Below, one piece after another: positions 60,387-64,000 of a stretch of DNA of 64,000 nt. Source of the DNA: the human T2T-CHM13v2.0 reference genome, Homo sapiens; the NCBI RefSeq assembly GCF_009914755.1, contig NC_060926.1; one strand, 5' to 3'. The translations under genes were made by a program, and so were the position numbers. The stretch's first letter is position 1; each line of letters begins with the position of its first letter. The notes under the pieces are model-generated. The model had not been told where the DNA came from. It ran no database searches and saw only the letters and a list, made by a program, of their open reading frames with translations.

Positions 60387-61126
60387 TTATGACTTGCTTT
60401 TTCACTCAAGATTAGTTTGGGAGCATCAGCCACACTGCTACATGTAGAATATTCAGTAAAGGCTCCAGTATGTTTGCTATTACACTCAGGGATGCCAGGA
60501 ATGTTCTTGTCCATCTGTTCTGGTATACATACGCAGGGTGTCTTGAGACTGCTCCAAGGAGTGCAACACCTAGGTCACAGATTGTGTGCATTTTCAAACC
60601 CACTAGGAAAACTATTTTTTTTCCTGAAAAGGTTTACCATCAACAATACATAAGAGTTTATACTGGTTCCTTCTTTGCTTGCACTTGGTATTGTGCATTT
60701 TAATTTTGCAAGTCATCCTGCACCCATCCCTCCTTTCTGTCTCTTCTTTCCTTCTTCCTCTACACTTCATCACTGACGTAGAAACTGAAGGATGTCTATA
60801 GATAAATTTTCTAGGGTGAAGAGTGGAGGCAGGGGGCTTGAAGGAGCTGGAGATGCTTTTACGGCTTTTTAACACAGGCATTCTTACTTCAAGCTCCATA
60901 GTGAGACTATTGTCAGCTTGACAACCCTTAACAGAATTTTTTTCAGACTGCTTTAGCATCATTGATTGCAGAATAGCATTTAAAAGGTGACCTCCTGAAA
61001 CAGTCAGCGGTCAATGTCAAATGCTTTAGAGGTAGAGCTTCTGTTCTGAGAGTCTGCACTAACCATGTTTTGGAAGGTAAGCAAATTGGTGAAATCTTTT
61101 ACTAACCGAGTGCAGCTGACTCCACT

Positions 61127-61140
61127 GTTTCCATGGAAAC
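61127..61140. promoter_or_regulatory. Perfect palindromic RFX X-box
   Basis: GTTTCCATGGAAAC. Confidence 0.5.
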
Positions 61141-61813
61141 CTGTCTCAGGCAAGGTATTCCAAAGGCTCTTTATTTAAGAAATATCAAATAGCCCCAGGG
61201 AGTCACTAGTCCTGTCAGACCGCTATACCCACAATAGCAAAGATTATCCCCTGCCCGTCAGAAGGGGATAATCCTTCCTTTGGTTTCATGACTTTCTGAC
61301 ACCTCTTGAGAGCAATAAAATTCCATCCCGAAGCTTTCTCTTCATTTTTCTTTCTTGAAGCTAATAGAGTATTCAGAGTACAAAGCAGGAGGAAATCAGG
61401 GCTGAAGGATGCAGGCATTCTGCCTATAGTGCCTCTATTTACTTACGTGAGCTGTCTGGAAATATTAAACACAAAGATTCAGAAGGCTTAGGTTTTAATC
61501 ACTCCTGCTTACTGCTTACAGTAATACTTGAGTCTTGGGTTCTTCCTTTTTAGAATAACAGAATTGAACAGGATTATCTCAAAGGATCTTCAAGTTACCA
61601 ACTGAAAAATATGATGCCATGTTCTATCTGACAATAAGACTTTTTATATAAACTGATATCCCTTAGAGGATACCAAGAGCAAAGCTGAAGTTCTAAGAAT
61701 CTAGTTAGCACTGCACCAGGTTGCTGTGCATTGTATAACATTTTCATTTTGAAACAACCTAAGGATATATTTTTATCCTGCATAGACCACTTTGTTGGGA
61801 TTTAGAAGGATTA

Positions 61814-62129
<316 letters not shown>

Positions 62130-62387
62130 CGAGGCGAGTGGATCACAAGGTCAGGAGATCGAGACCATCCTGACTAACACGGTGAAACCCTGTCTCTACT
62201 AAAAATACAAAAAATTAACCAGGCTTGGTGGCGGGCGCCTGTAGTCCCAGCTACTCAGGAGGCTGAGGCAGGAGAATGGCGTGAACCCGGGAGAAGGAGC
62301 TTGCAGTGAGCCGAGATCGCACCAGTCCACTCCAGCCTGGGCAACAGAGCAAGACTCCATCTCAAAAACAAAACAAAACAAAAAACA
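62130..62387 (+). mobile_element. 5'-truncated AluY fused to the preceding Alu
   Basis: Starts cgaggcgagtggatcac; AluY diagnostics gagatcgagaccatcctg, ggcgtgaacccgg; (AAAAC)n tail. Confidence 0.92.
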
Positions 62388-62639
62388 AGTAACTCTTTTT
62401 AGTGCTGATCACTGTATATTCATCATTTCCTTTGGCAAATGTAAGAAAGTTAGAAAGCACCAGCACATCTAATTTTGCATAGCAGGAAATGACATTAAAT
62501 CTGAACTCTGCTCATTTGTTCTCCATAACATCCCTGACTTCTGCCTTGGGCCTCCCTATGATAGAGTAATGTTATCCAGTAGATAAAAGGGTGTGTTCCT
62601 GGGATCTGACAACCTGGTTTCCATTCCTGAATCTGTCCC

Positions 62640-62825
62640 TTCTGGACTCTTAGAACTTGGGCAGCTTCCATATTCTCTCTGACCTCAGTTTCCACATATA
62701 TGACATAGAAATAAAAATAGTACTTCCATCATAGAGTTGTAAAAAATAAATAAACTAATATTTATGAAGCATTCAGTAGTGCCTGACTACAATAAGCACT
62801 CAATAAATATTAACTATTACCACTT
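62640..62825 (+). mobile_element. MIR
   Basis: 'ctctctgacctcagtttccacata...atagtacttccatcatagagttgt...taagcactcaataaata'. Confidence 0.85.
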
Positions 62826-64000
62826 AATCATTTCACTATACCACTATTTCACTATACCCTATTCCTTAGGGTACCATTTAGTGCTCTAAAGTGTTTATTT
62901 ACTTGATAATAGTCGAGTTGCCCAAATGTGTTTTGCCTCCAAAGTAAGCAGTTCATTGTTTACCTAATTGCCTAATGGACTCTAACATATTTTAATTTGT
63001 TTGGTTAATAATAAAACCGTATAAGAAGGCATTATTCTTATCATTTAAAAAGTTATTAGAAAAAATTAATGTATATATTGAATGTGGAAAGCTTATTAAA
63101 TTCACTTCTTTGAAAATATGCTCAACTTATTAACATTTATGTTAGTTATTATTTTAAAAAGCAGTAAAAACAAAACTTTCCTATGCTTTTTCAAACAAAC
63201 TTTTTTTAGTCTATACAGAGTCAAACAGCTTTTTGATATATCTCAGTAAAATTCAGACATCTAGATCGTTCTATGTTAGTTTTCAAGTACATTCAATTTT
63301 ACAAGACATTCTTGTCTTTTTTTCTTTGTTCTCTCCCTCATTCTTTGTGGTTTTACCCTTTTTAAATTCTTCAATAAACAAAACTAACTAAAATTGTTCA
63401 AAGGTGACTTCAGCTATCTAGACCTTTGGTAACTAAAAGTTTTAGGAACCCAAAGGAGAATTTTCTCCCATTAAGCCACTTACCACAAGAATATTTGTAT
63501 ATTTATGTATTTAAATTTATCTGTTTGATTTTGAACCTATTTTATAAATAGATGAAAAGTGCTATTTTATTTAACAATAAATTTGCTATGTAAAGTTTAA
63601 AAAACTTTTTGCAAAGTGAATTGTTAGTGTCATCAATTTTTTTTCTACAATACATAATGAATTTCTTTTAAGCAAATTCCATTCGGACTTTTCCATCTCC
63701 AATAGGGGCACAATCAGGCCAACTGCAGCAGGAATGCAGCAAGATATTTGGAAGCCTTTCTACGTCGTTGTGACTGGCAAACTGTAGGATGCTTTACTAA
63801 GGCAGAAAATTCTTTCTCTGAAGTTTTTAGGAACAGGATGAGTAACTTCTCTGGGAACACTGCCATCCTGAAATCTGAAGGACAGACTGGAATTTCCAGA
63901 TTATTTAATACAGTTCCATGTCACATGCTTATCAAACTTTGCCTTCATTGATGGCCTGCCTCTTACAAAAGAGTGAAGTAATCAAAATGTGCTTTGCTTG

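Overview
AT-rich, CpG-poor, repeat-dense primate (human-like) non-coding DNA, either intronic or intergenic. I find no credible protein-coding exon, RNA gene or CRISPR array. The longer ORFs in the track are L1 ORF2 remnants, or Alu/LTR12 read-throughs. Contents: about 14 Alu/FLAM elements, four young L1PA insertions (three 5'-inverted, one 3.5 kb with extra 3' sequence), older L1M/L2/MIR/MER/MLT fragments, and solo LTRs (THE1, MER41, LTR12) with intact target-site duplications (TSDs). The most unusual structure is a 5 kb zone (33.4-38.4 kb) holding three locally templated insertions (65, 184 and 75 bp). Each is a same-strand copy of DNA 1.5-1.6 kb away and sits inside a retroelement. Several motif clusters (CTCF, UPRE/AP-1, MARE/STAT/FOX, RFX X-box) are candidate regulatory sites. 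Subfamily calls come from remembered diagnostic positions, not from a database search.
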